From the NCBI GenBank assembly GCA_037143195.1, contig JBAWZD010000003.1:5333-69332 (forward strand): DNA of 64,000 nt, in the 5' to 3' direction. Every line of letters starts with the position of its first letter. Position 1 is the first letter of the stretch. The translations under genes and the position numbers were made by a program. Shown in pieces: positions 48,472 through 57,934 of this stretch. The notes under the pieces were generated by a model. It did no database searches. It was not told the origin of the DNA and worked only from the letters and a program-made list of their open reading frames with translations. The DNA is from a bacterium. Lineage in GTDB: Bacteria; Patescibacteriota; Minisyncoccia; Phycocordibacterales; UBA9973.

Positions 48472-49956
48472 CCTATCAGGGCATTCTGCCCAATTTAATA
48501 GCTCGTTGAATGGAGAACGTATTGTAAACTCTAGGTTTTTTGCCTGTACAGTCGGGTTCTGAAGTAGATAATTCAAGAATGCTCGTTTTTCGCTTGGTTC
48601 GGAACTTTCAAATATATCCCTTGAGCGTCGAGCCAATGAACACACTGTTGCTACAGTTGTTTGGTAATCATGGTCACCCCTACTGTGTTCTTCAAGTTCG
48701 CGGTTCAAGAGCTGAATGCTGTTGTAGTACTGTTGATGCTTTTTGTCGTACACCTCTTTCGTTATATTTTTGTCCAAAAATGCTTCAAGTAGATTATCGT
48801 CCCTTTGCTTTGTGCGCTCATACTCAGCGTTTATACGGGCAAGTTGTGCCTTGTGAAAGATAGTCTCTGCCTCAGTCGTTTTACGCAGTTCCTGAACGAT
48901 GTATGCTTGGTCTTTTGCTGTAATTTTTTCAAGTCGGTCAAAGACTTCGTACACGGTTTCTAGCAGTGAACTTTCTGAAACATAAGTACGCTGGCAGTTT
49001 CCTTTTCCGTTCGTACATGAGTAATATACAAAAACCAGACCGCTTTTTTTCTGGTGCATTTCTGGTGTCATTGAACAACCGCAATCTTTGCAGGTTAATA
49101 GAGCCTTGAAAATAAAATCTTTTGAAACAAACTTTGGACGATTGTTACACTTCTTGTTTTTAATTTCTTGGCATTTATCAAAAAGCTCCTTGTTGATAAG
49201 GCATTGATACTTATGTGAGTAGGGAGGGTATTTTGCAGACTGAGCTACTCCATAATAAAAAGTATCGTTCAAAATATTTTCGATACAACTTCTTGGGGGA
49301 GTAAGCCCGCCAGAACTTTTTAATCCCATTCTTATTGCTTCACGAAGAAGGGTCTCGAGTGAATAGTTGCCAGTTGAATATAATTCAAAGAGTCTTACTA
49401 TGATAGATGCTCTTTCTGGGTCTGGAATAATGTTTTTCTTTCCATCGATATCTGTAGTACGAATATATCCTAGGGGTGGTTTGCTTGGATATACACCTTC
49501 GCGCCTCATTTTTTCATATGCACGCTTTACGTTGTCACTAATTGAGTTTGAATAATACTGAGCAAGACTAACAGCGATATTGAAATGGAATAGGTCTGTT
49601 GCTGGCGAATCCTTATGAAGGATGAGATTGTCTGACGGAAAATGAAGTTCAATTTTCCCGTCTCGTCGGAGTTTTTCAAGCGTTGGTAGTCCTACCAAAA
49701 AATCACGGGTAAGTCGGTCTACTTTGTCGCAACAAAATGCGACGACCTCTTTTTGTGAGACGATATAGGCAACTACATTATCAAATTCTTTTCGGTGTTC
49801 TTTGTAGGCTGATTCATCGAAAATATACTCCATATCAAGTATAAGTTGTGGTTTGCGCTCAATGTACGAACGTAGACGGTCTTGTTGGGCTGGTAGAGAG
49901 TTACCAGCCTCTTTTTGTTCCTCAGTCGATACTCTCGCTAGTATTATTGCTTTCAT
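48442..49956 (-). CDS. Large serine recombinase (integrase)
   Basis: N-terminal resolvase catalytic domain 'MKAIILARVSTEEQ...' with the Ser nucleophile context. Recombinase domain. Zn-ribbon 'CKDCGCSM...YYSCTNGKGNC'. Coiled-coil. The last about 9 codons overlap the 3' half of tRNA-His. Confidence 0.85.
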   Translation of the reverse strand: MKAIILARVSTEEQKEAGNSLPAQQDRLRSYIERKPQLILDMEYIFDESAYKEHRKEFDNVVAYIVSQKEVVAFCCDKVDRLTRDFLVGLPTLEKLRRDGKIELHFPSDNLILHKDSPATDLFHFNIAVSLAQYYSNSISDNVKRAYEKMRREGVYPSKPPLGYIRTTDIDGKKNIIPDPERASIIVRLFELYSTGNYSLETLLREAIRMGLKSSGGLTPPRSCIENILNDTFYYGVAQSAKYPPYSHKYQCLINKELFDKCQEIKNKKCNNRPKFVSKDFIFKALLTCKDCGCSMTPEMHQKKSGLVFVYYSCTNGKGNCQRTYVSESSLLETVYEVFDRLEKITAKDQAYIVQELRKTTEAETIFHKAQLARINAEYERTKQRDDNLLEAFLDKNITKEVYDKKHQQYYNSIQLLNRELEEHSRGDHDYQTTVATVCSLARRSRDIFESSEPSEKRAFLNYLLQNPTVQAKNLEFTIRSPFNELLNWAECPDRGAYRESNSN

Positions 49957-49960
49957 TTAG

Positions 49961-50137
49961 TTATCTTGTGCTTGTTTCTTTTAAGAAATCGTTAAAGCTT
50001 TTTTTGTCTATCCTAAAATCTCGCCCAATTTTGTGTGCTTTCAAGCGACCAGCTTTTATATAACGGTAGATTGTCATAATATTTACCTCAAGTAACTGGG
50101 CGAGCTCCTCGGCACGATAAAATTCTTTATCTTTCAT
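49961..50137 (-). CDS. Excisionase/MerR-like HTH DNA-binding protein (putative recombination directionality factor)
   Basis: 58-aa ORF 'MKDKEFYRAEELAQLLEVNIMTIYRYIKAGRLKAHKIGRDFRIDKKSFNDFLK' ending 4 nt before the recombinase start. Too short to appear in the ORF track. Confidence 0.5.
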   Translation of the reverse strand: MKDKEFYRAEELAQLLEVNIMTIYRYIKAGRLKAHKIGRDFRIDKKSFNDFLKETSTR

Positions 50138-50161
50138 CTATTAAGTATACTTTACACTGCT

Positions 50162-50302
50162 TTACATTGCAATTTTACTTTTTGAGGCTTTGTGTTCAAC
50201 GACTTGTTCTGAAATTAACGGATTGTAATATTCATTAATCAAATTTTTGAGGTCTTGATGAGATTTTTTTACTCCGCTAAGTGTCTTTTTATTGTCTTTC
50301 AT
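50162..50302 (-). CDS. Small hypothetical protein (46 aa)
   Basis: ORF 'MKDNKKTLSGVKKSHQDLKNLINEYYNPLISEQVVEHKASKSKIAM'. Same strand and tight spacing with the flanking small genes. Confidence 0.3.
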   Translation of the reverse strand: MKDNKKTLSGVKKSHQDLKNLINEYYNPLISEQVVEHKASKSKIAM

Positions 50303-50308
50303 TGTTTG

Positions 50309-50503
50309 TTATTTACATTCTGGCTGATAATTTTTTATGCACTTACTAATCATGTGTATCCAGTGAGGTGGAATTACTTTTACTGGGTAGAGTTCTGGGT
50401 TTACTCGCTTATCGACCTTGAGGAGTAATTCAAAGAAACCCACAAGAACTCGCTTTTCTTGCGGATTGAGTTTGCTAAGTGAACTTTCTGACTCAGTACT
50501 CAT
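50309..50503 (-). CDS. Small hypothetical protein
   Basis: 64-aa ORF in the island, co-directional with the recombinase. Confidence 0.35.
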   Translation of the reverse strand: MSTESESSLSKLNPQEKRVLVGFFELLLKVDKRVNPELYPVKVIPPHWIHMISKCIKNYQPECK

Positions 50504-50512
50504 TTACTAAAT

Positions 50513-50767
50513 TTATTCTCGCCTTGAGCGATTTTCACTACTAAAATCGCCCGCTACACGCTTGTTTGTGAGAAGGTACAAATGGTCAATCAATGCTTTC
50601 GTGTCCGACCTTTCGTATTCATCACGAGGAATCAATTTTTTGAATGCAGGCACAAGACACTTTCGAGAAAATCCTCGAGTCTTAACTGCTTCAGCAAGAC
50701 AGATAAATGCACCCCAGCATGGCTGGCGTTTTTCTTGTTCTGTAAATCTTGCTTTGATACTTCTCAC
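50513..50767 (-). CDS. Small hypothetical protein
   Basis: 84-aa basic ORF in the island. Confidence 0.35.
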   Translation of the reverse strand: MRSIKARFTEQEKRQPCWGAFICLAEAVKTRGFSRKCLVPAFKKLIPRDEYERSDTKALIDHLYLLTNKRVAGDFSSENRSRRE

Positions 50768-51064
50768 GTCAGAAATCGTAGCAAACGACCTTTTTAGAAA
50801 AATGAAAAAGTGGGGATTACTTTTTTTCTAGTAAAAAAACCTTAAAAATGTATAATAAAAATACAATTTAATAGATTAGACCTAAACTCATTCGGCAACG
50901 AGTGAGCATGGTTAATGAAGTCAAGAGATGCATAAAGAACCCATCAAAATTGGGGTTGCATCTCTTGCCGTATCTGGAAACGGATACGGAGGGTCTAATA
51001 GCCCTCACCTTATTTTGGTGGGCTTTTTGCGTCTATATCAAGGATTATTAATTAACTCAAAGTT

Positions 51065-51955
51065 ATGAATAAGAAAAAAATAAGTGTTGGCTTAATTGTA
51101 TTATCGCTTGCAGTTTTAACTATTCCCCAAGTTACTTTTGCTTCATGGTGGAATCCATTTAGCTGGAGTATTTTCCACAAGAAGTCAGTCGCAACACAAA
51201 CGGTCCCGACCATTCCAAGCTCGTCACAGACGACAGCGACAAAGCCACTGAGCGACGACTATAGCGTACTAGCAAAAAGATATGGCGGTAACCAAACCCA
51301 AGCGCAAAAAGTTGTTCCAGTGACCGTATCCGCAGTGACAGAACCAGAGGACATTACCGCATACCGTAAACAAACTGATTCGGCTTACGCTGATGAAATC
51401 AATAAATTCAACATTGCTCTTGTCGTCGAAAGTGTGCCGAAGAATTTTATAGACAGCAAAATTTCTGAATTAAATGACGATATTACACAAGGTCAGGGAT
51501 TTAAGCTTGGCAATCCAAATTCTGCCGAAGCGGTTGATTATATGGCTACTGTTTACAATAATCAGTTAGAGTTTGAAAAAAAGTATTTCGATGCTGAAGC
51601 ATCTATTATTAAATGGATACAGGATTCTAAAAATAATATGGAGGCATCAAAATCAAAGCTTTCTACTTTGAACACGAAAGAACAGATAGATAACGAGGTT
51701 CAGAAAATTAAATTTTACGATGACAATTTAGCACAGGCTCAGAATTCATCAAAAAAGTGGAGTGATACTTCACACTCAACACAGGTTAAAATTGATGGCA
51801 TAATCGCTGGACTATCAAGCTATTACTCATCAGGAGTAGCTTCAAATAATGCACCATCAATTAATGTAACCTACCCTCAAACTTTTTTGCCAACAAGTTT
51901 CAATTGCACAAGTAGCAAAGATGTTCTTGGGGGTGTTCAGACTCAGTGCTACTAA
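51065..51955 (+). CDS. Secreted hypothetical protein
   Basis: Signal peptide 'MNKKKISVGLIVLSLAVLTIPQVTFASW'. 296 aa. AT-rich. Confidence 0.5.
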   Translation: MNKKKISVGLIVLSLAVLTIPQVTFASWWNPFSWSIFHKKSVATQTVPTIPSSSQTTATKPLSDDYSVLAKRYGGNQTQAQKVVPVTVSAVTEPEDITAYRKQTDSAYADEINKFNIALVVESVPKNFIDSKISELNDDITQGQGFKLGNPNSAEAVDYMATVYNNQLEFEKKYFDAEASIIKWIQDSKNNMEASKSKLSTLNTKEQIDNEVQKIKFYDDNLAQAQNSSKKWSDTSHSTQVKIDGIIAGLSSYYSSGVASNNAPSINVTYPQTFLPTSFNCTSSKDVLGGVQTQCY

Positions 51956-52037
51956 AGTCATAAACCTGTAGGACCATTCAATTTAATTTGTATGAGTATG
52001 GTTATGTCGCAGGTAAATCGCTTTCCTGTCGCTGTTG

Positions 52038-52469
52038 TTAATGGGGAATACCTAGTGTGGTGAGGTCAACTATCGGCTCAGGTAGCTGGTCGAACGCCAG
52101 CTTCATATTTTTCGTTACTCGATTGTTCACACGATTGTATTCACGAATTGCTCCAAGCTTTGCACTCAAATCTTCTTTTTGGACAATGAGCCACGCAAGC
52201 TCGGAATCTACCGCCTTCTCGTCAATCAGTTCATTCAGGAGGTCTTGTATACGCTTGATAATGTCATCATTTCTCATCAATCGTGAACCAGACACGGCGC
52301 AGTAATGTTTGAGCCTGTCCTTTTTCTCAGTGCTCTCTAAAGCCTCAAAATCGTGTCCATAGGCTTCTGAATATGAAAGAGTGGCATTACCGAAGGTTGT
52401 TCCAGTTCTGGTGTACGCACGACAAAATAGCTCTTGTTCAGTATTTATATTTTTTGTTTCTTCGTTCAT
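52038..52469 (-). CDS. Phage terminase small subunit (P27/Terminase_2-like)
   Basis: N-terminal 'EQELFCRAYTRTGT...ATLSYSEAYG' pattern typical of the terminase small subunit. 143 aa. Confidence 0.55.
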   Translation of the reverse strand: MNEETKNINTEQELFCRAYTRTGTTFGNATLSYSEAYGHDFEALESTEKKDRLKHYCAVSGSRLMRNDDIIKRIQDLLNELIDEKAVDSELAWLIVQKEDLSAKLGAIREYNRVNNRVTKNMKLAFDQLPEPIVDLTTLGIPH

Positions 52470-52928
52470 TCTTTGTGTATTTCCTTCAATCTATGCTTAG
52501 TGTATCCAATTCTCACCTCTACTCCACCAACTTATCAGGTTGAGACAGAAACGCCCTCTAGCCCTAATAAACTAGATTGATTTAGTGTGCATTTGGTCCG
52601 TTGTATCTCGGTACACACTCACGCAATTCTCTAACCTCTCCAAAACTAGGGGGAACTCCCACATCATCGTTTCTCTTGAAGCCGTACTCCGCAAAACTCA
52701 ACGCATGTTCAATGTAAAGTCTTGTGCGATGGGGAAGCTCATCAGTATATCGACAGTTTCCGCCCTCATCCCCGAATTATATCTTGGTTTCAAATCAGGC
52801 TCGGGTTTCGCCACCTGAATCATTTGTATATTATACCACATTTTGCTCAAAACACGAAATAATGGTCTAATTGTTTACATTATCGAATATTTACGTTAAC
52901 CTTAATCGGAGGCTAGAACATAAAAAAT

Positions 52929-54176
52929 ATGCAAACATTTGGATTTATAAAGAACTGGAAATACTTGGACGAGAAGGTTGCAGATGAGGACTTGCTAGAA
53001 ATGTCAGAAGAAGTCGAAGCTTTTTCTGTAAGATTGAACTCACTTAAACCGAATACTATATTAGGTTTTGTCGGCAAATTCGGTATTGGCAAAAGCACGC
53101 TTTTAAAAAAGGTTCAAAAACAGAGACTTCAAGCTGGTAATAACGAAAAATGGATACTATTTGAAGCATGGCAATTCCCAGACCGAAAAGACCTTTGGGA
53201 CGGACTAGTGCTTGAAACAGCAAGACAAGTAGGTGAAGCACAGCTAAAACGTACAAAAACTGAATTAGATGGAACTGGAGGTGGAACGAAAAAGGCACTA
53301 ATCTCAATTGCAAGTACTGTTTTAAGTGCCGTCAACCCATTGTTTGGAGCTATAAGCGGTCTTGAAAATTTCGTTAATAATTCTCCCTCTCGACGAGTAT
53401 TTGAGATTCAGGAAGTGTTCAAGGGAATTTTAGAAAAAATTGAAGAACAAACAGTAATTTTTGTTACCGAAGATGTAGACCGTTCTGGTCCAGCAGGAAT
53501 TTTTTTCTTAGAAACATTTAAACAATTCTTAAGTACGCTTGAAACGAAGAAGAAAATTATAGTTATTTCTCCTGTGGCAGAGAGTAGTTTTAATGAGCAT
53601 GTAGACGCATTCCTCAAATGTTTAGATTTTGTCGAGTTTTACTCAAAGCATAAAAAAGTGAGTCTTAGAAAATTCGTGAATGAGATACTTATCGACCAGA
53701 ATGAAAATAAGGTTGTTACTGATTTTTTACAGTACTTGTTTGTAGAACATCCTGATTTGACGATGCGAAAAATTAAGTTGATTCTAAGACAAGCAAATCA
53801 GAGTTTTTATGATTTAAAAAATTCTGGCTACAAACCCGATTATTTGGTTTGCATTTCAGTGAGTGCTTCAAAATATATATTATTTGATAAGGAAAGGGAA
53901 ATTTCATACTTTGATAGTTTTGTAAGTCGGGGTTGTTTTGTCCAAAATAATGAGTTTAATCGATTGATTTGCATGACAAGCTCAAATATAAGAGGGAGTA
54001 ATATCGGCTTCCTTGATAGCGATGGAAACCTAGGAAAAACAACCGATATTTATTTTTCAAAACGTGACACACCAGAGAATGATAAATCTTTTCCCTCAGT
54101 TCTGACTCTTGCATCGTATGGCTTCGAGTTCGACGGTACAGCAAGAAATTATATTCCTGATTTTTATCTAGCATAG
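52929..54176 (+). CDS. KAP-family P-loop NTPase
   Basis: Walker A 'GKFGIGKSTLL' followed by the KAP-typical 'WILFEAWQFPDRKDLWDGLV'. Walker B 'VIFVTEDVDR'. 415 aa. Confidence 0.6.
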   Translation: MQTFGFIKNWKYLDEKVADEDLLEMSEEVEAFSVRLNSLKPNTILGFVGKFGIGKSTLLKKVQKQRLQAGNNEKWILFEAWQFPDRKDLWDGLVLETARQVGEAQLKRTKTELDGTGGGTKKALISIASTVLSAVNPLFGAISGLENFVNNSPSRRVFEIQEVFKGILEKIEEQTVIFVTEDVDRSGPAGIFFLETFKQFLSTLETKKKIIVISPVAESSFNEHVDAFLKCLDFVEFYSKHKKVSLRKFVNEILIDQNENKVVTDFLQYLFVEHPDLTMRKIKLILRQANQSFYDLKNSGYKPDYLVCISVSASKYILFDKEREISYFDSFVSRGCFVQNNEFNRLICMTSSNIRGSNIGFLDSDGNLGKTTDIYFSKRDTPENDKSFPSVLTLASYGFEFDGTARNYIPDFYLA

Positions 54177-54199
54177 ATTTTATCTTCCTATTAAACAAA

Positions 54200-54949
54200 A
54201 TGAATTTTTTACACCAGCTATATTACTTATTTGTGTATTTAGCTAATTTCGTTTTTAGAAAAAATATTCTTCATGAGCTAGTTAGTAGTATCACTGTGCT
54301 CATTTCTGTACTGATTCCTTACCTGCTTGTGCGTTATGAAAAAGTTTTTGCGATTAACAAGGATTATCGGGATTTTTTATCACAAGCCGACGTGTATACT
54401 TTGGAATGGTTGAGTGTAACGAATTACAATATTCGTATAATTGATGAATTTCTCGAAGTACTTGCGAAACCTGACGGGGTATATGCGAAAGATTTTCAGT
54501 TTTATGATTTTCCACCGATTGGATTTTTCCGAACCTATAATAGTCAGCTTCTTAATGAATTTTATTTTCAGGTGCGCGGAATTAAGGACCTTGAACATCA
54601 TCTAAAGATGGTAAGTTCAGAATATCTGGCTTATAAACGAATGAGAAGTAATAGAGACGCTATTTTGCCTACGAATGGAAATCATTTTTTTATATTGACA
54701 ATTACGAACGTAAAAGAAAGATTGCCAGAGATTATTGAGGAAATAAAGAATTTGAGAATTAGGGTAAGTCTCTTATTGAGCGAGGTGAACAGGACTGACT
54801 CGCTCAGTATGAAGAAATTCTTTAGTTTTGGTCAAAAAAACAGGCTATGGTATAAGAAGGACCTTCAGTTTACTCTCGAGGAGATTAAGACAGAAGAAAA
54901 GAAATTAGAGGATAGAGACAGTGAAGCCATGGTAAAAAAAAGTTTTTAA
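54200..54949 (+). CDS. Hypothetical membrane-anchored protein
   Basis: Two N-terminal TM helices then a soluble domain. Starts 24 nt after the KAP NTPase stop. Confidence 0.45.
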   Translation: MNFLHQLYYLFVYLANFVFRKNILHELVSSITVLISVLIPYLLVRYEKVFAINKDYRDFLSQADVYTLEWLSVTNYNIRIIDEFLEVLAKPDGVYAKDFQFYDFPPIGFFRTYNSQLLNEFYFQVRGIKDLEHHLKMVSSEYLAYKRMRSNRDAILPTNGNHFFILTITNVKERLPEIIEEIKNLRIRVSLLLSEVNRTDSLSMKKFFSFGQKNRLWYKKDLQFTLEEIKTEEKKLEDRDSEAMVKKSF

Positions 54950-55134
54950 TCAACAAGCTTTTTCATAAGAATAAATTTGGAAAATTTCGAGAAGAGACTT
55001 TGTGTCAGTGGTAATAGCTTTCCAATCTAAAGTTCTGAATGTGTCCAACAAGCGACCCCAATTAGGAATTGAACTAAAATATCCCTTAACCACGGGGATT
55101 TTTTAGTTCTAACCAAGACTGATATACTTCTCAT

Positions 55135-55974
55135 GTGGAACCAAAAGAGCAAAATATGACACCAGGCCAAATGGCGATTGAAGGTTTGTATCTTATGCCT
55201 GGGATGCAGATCAGATTGGTAAAGTTAGAGGCTGGTAAAGACTCACATATTTCCGTTGGAACAAGTCTAGAGGGAGTACTCGATGCAGATGTACGTATCG
55301 GTCAGCCTATTTACCTCGACGGAAAAACAAAAAACACGAGCCGAATACAAGCCGTAAAAAAGGACGGTGATAGGGTTTTTTTAAAAACCGAAACTTCAGT
55401 TTACGAGCTTGTTCCTCCAACCTCCGATGGATCAAGCGAGCCTAAATCAAAAGAACGCATAGAGCTTGAACATACAATTGAGACTCTCTTGAAAGAAGTT
55501 CAAGCCAATGCTGTTGATGAAAAAATAGTCGGCAGTTTAATTGAGCGACGCCACCAGTTGGGCAGACAAGAAAAAACTGATGCCTCGAAGATCGAGCTTC
55601 AGAAAATCGATACCGAACTAGAAAAACATATTGTTACGGTAAAAACGATAGCCGAGTTTAAGTTGCTCATGGAAAAGATCGGTAGAAATTATTATGCCGT
55701 TATGGGTACTGTCGCGCATGAAAATGCTCACGCGAATATGGCGAGTTCTCTCGGTGCGATCCATTCAGGGTATTCTCTTCTTGTTACTCGAAAAGGGAAT
55801 GACTTTAGCTATCAGCCCATTGCTCTTACGAATGTTAGGGGTGAATGGGATAAAAAAGACCAACTTGAGGCTAATATCAAAATCGCTGGTGCTCCTAAAG
55901 AATATGGTAACAAGCTTTCGCCTGGAGATGAGGAAATGATTGCATCTCTCCGAAAACAGCTTAACAATCTTTAA
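55135..55974 (+). CDS. Hypothetical protein with an HExxH motif (putative zinc-dependent hydrolase)
   Basis: 'TVAHENAHANMAS' contains H-E-x-x-H. Coiled-coil N-terminal half. 279 aa. Confidence 0.4.
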   Translation: MEPKEQNMTPGQMAIEGLYLMPGMQIRLVKLEAGKDSHISVGTSLEGVLDADVRIGQPIYLDGKTKNTSRIQAVKKDGDRVFLKTETSVYELVPPTSDGSSEPKSKERIELEHTIETLLKEVQANAVDEKIVGSLIERRHQLGRQEKTDASKIELQKIDTELEKHIVTVKTIAEFKLLMEKIGRNYYAVMGTVAHENAHANMASSLGAIHSGYSLLVTRKGNDFSYQPIALTNVRGEWDKKDQLEANIKIAGAPKEYGNKLSPGDEEMIASLRKQLNNL

Positions 55975-56239
55975 TTTACAAGTCCATTTAAGTTCGGAAT
56001 ATAGATTGTAGCGTCTTTTCTGCTCAAAAATTGTTCCATCTTGGGATACTTTGTTTTCATGCCGAGGTCCTCAGTTATACATCCAGAGCACCTATACTTG
56101 TCGCTTGGTGAACGAAAGCTTGTTGTTGAAATATAGCGCCTTTAGCGACAAATATTGACAGAGCTCATTTATTGTGAATAATTAATCTTGTTAGATTACA
56201 AGCATAATTCATATCGATGCGATATGATTAATTTACTCT

Positions 56240-57913
56240 ATGAACTTTTGGAACAATCCCGAAAATAATGCACTAAAAATGTTGCTCGCAGTAGCTGTGA
56301 TTTTGTTCGCAGGTTTTTTTGTCTACAAACATTTTCATACGAACTCACTCGCTGGCAAAGGTCTTGTACTAGGGACAGGAACAACCACTTGGACAAAGCA
56401 GCTCGCATCAGGACCGCATACTATATATGGAATGGCTGGGTCTTCAGATGGAAACAAACTTGTCTTTGTTGAAATGGGCGGATACGCGTATACCTCAATT
56501 GATGCGGGGGTCAGTTGGACCGCGCGTACAAGTTCAACAATCCAAGACTGGAGAAGCGTTGCCTCTTCGGCCGACGGTACAAAACTCATTGCCGCAGCAC
56601 ATGGTGCATACTTGTATACTTCGGCAGACAGCGGTGCTACATGGGTCGCTCAAACAGGGAGCGGATTGCGTGATTGGAGCTCTGTTGCCTCTTCGGCTGA
56701 CGGAACAAAATTAGTTGCAACTGATGTGCGAACTGGTGGGTATATATATACTTCAACCGATAGTGGAGTTCATTGGACTCAACGTATCTCAGTGCCCGGC
56801 TCCAATTGGTGGAGCGTTACTTCATCAGCAGATGGCCTGCGACTTGCAGCGGTCGACAATAGGCCAACTGGTGTGGTTCATATGTCCACCGATGGAGGTG
56901 TTTCATGGACAGATCATGCAATCCCAGGAGCAACATTGATTTCATATAAAGCAATAACGTATACAAGTGATGGAGTGAAGATCGCCGTGGGGGATATCAG
57001 TAACAAACTTTACACTTCCGTATATCCGTTTACTACATGGACAGAGAGAGATCCACTCGGGGCACCATGGGCTGCACTCGCGTATTCTGGCGACGGGTCA
57101 AAGCTTCTCGCTGCGACATCTGACGGCAAACTTTTTCTTTCTACCAATGATGGTGCTGATTGGACCGAAGAAGCTTCTGCTGGAATACACACATGGATGG
57201 CAGGTAGCCTCACCGCATCGTTTAACGGATCAAATCTTGCAGCCGCAGCGGACTATGTCTGGACCAACACGAGCGGTACCATTGATGGCACTAGCCCTGT
57301 TGTCACAACGCTTCCTGCAACGGGAATTACCGTACTCGGTGGAGTTGTTTTGAATGGTCGTTTGAACCTCATGGGAAGTGCTCCGACGGTAACTGTCGGT
57401 TTCAATTACGGAACAACGACCGCATATGGAACGACAACCACAGTTCCAGCACCTCGAACAACTGTCGGTGTATTTACGAATCCATACACGATCACGGGTC
57501 TTCTGTGTGGAACGACGTACCATGTGCAAGCTTTTGCAGTAAGTTCAGCGGGTACTTCATATGGAGCCGATGTCCCATTTACCACGGTTGCGTGTGCTGT
57601 TCACACTGTAGTTGCTCCAACTGTCGTGACAAATCCAGCAAGTTCAATTTCTCGAACGGGAGCAACATTGAATGGTAATCTCACTTCACTTGGGGGAGCA
57701 ACGACAACGACTGTCGGATTCCAACTTGGTACAACTACAACGTACGGTACGACAATGACCGTGACAGCTCCACGAACGAGTGCCGGTACATTCACGAATC
57801 CAACAACTATCAGCACACTCATCCCAAATACGCTCTATCACTATCGTGCGTTTGCGACCAATTCGGCCGGCACAGTATATGGTGCTGACGTTACATTTAC
57901 GACACTGCGATAA
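56240..57913 (+). CDS. Membrane-anchored/secreted BNR-repeat (sialidase-like beta-propeller) protein with two C-terminal Fn3-like modules
   Basis: N-terminal TM helix. At least 4 BNR/Asp-box repeats (S-x-D-x-G-x-T-W: 'SIDAGVSWT', 'SADSGATWV', 'STDSGVHWT', 'STDGGVSWT'). C-terminal duplicated module homologous to the 20845..21633 protein. Confidence 0.65.
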   Translation: MNFWNNPENNALKMLLAVAVILFAGFFVYKHFHTNSLAGKGLVLGTGTTTWTKQLASGPHTIYGMAGSSDGNKLVFVEMGGYAYTSIDAGVSWTARTSSTIQDWRSVASSADGTKLIAAAHGAYLYTSADSGATWVAQTGSGLRDWSSVASSADGTKLVATDVRTGGYIYTSTDSGVHWTQRISVPGSNWWSVTSSADGLRLAAVDNRPTGVVHMSTDGGVSWTDHAIPGATLISYKAITYTSDGVKIAVGDISNKLYTSVYPFTTWTERDPLGAPWAALAYSGDGSKLLAATSDGKLFLSTNDGADWTEEASAGIHTWMAGSLTASFNGSNLAAAADYVWTNTSGTIDGTSPVVTTLPATGITVLGGVVLNGRLNLMGSAPTVTVGFNYGTTTAYGTTTTVPAPRTTVGVFTNPYTITGLLCGTTYHVQAFAVSSAGTSYGADVPFTTVACAVHTVVAPTVVTNPASSISRTGATLNGNLTSLGGATTTTVGFQLGTTTTYGTTMTVTAPRTSAGTFTNPTTISTLIPNTLYHYRAFATNSAGTVYGADVTFTTLR

Positions 57914-57934
57914 TCATACTGATATAATCCGAAC

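Larger units (their letters stand above)
48442..56239. mobile_element. Putative integrative island/prophage remnant at tRNA-His
   Basis: A serine recombinase overlaps the tRNA-His 3' end. An excisionase-like HTH, small phage-like ORFs, a terminase small subunit and a KAP NTPase module are present. GC is visibly lower (about 37-42%) than the flanking genes (about 48-50%). The right boundary is approximate. Confidence 0.45.

Noticed and set aside
52585-52818. 77-aa plus-strand ORF between TerS and the KAP NTPase
   Set aside because: It is more likely the antisense of a frameshifted minus-strand remnant. It has no start context or motif.
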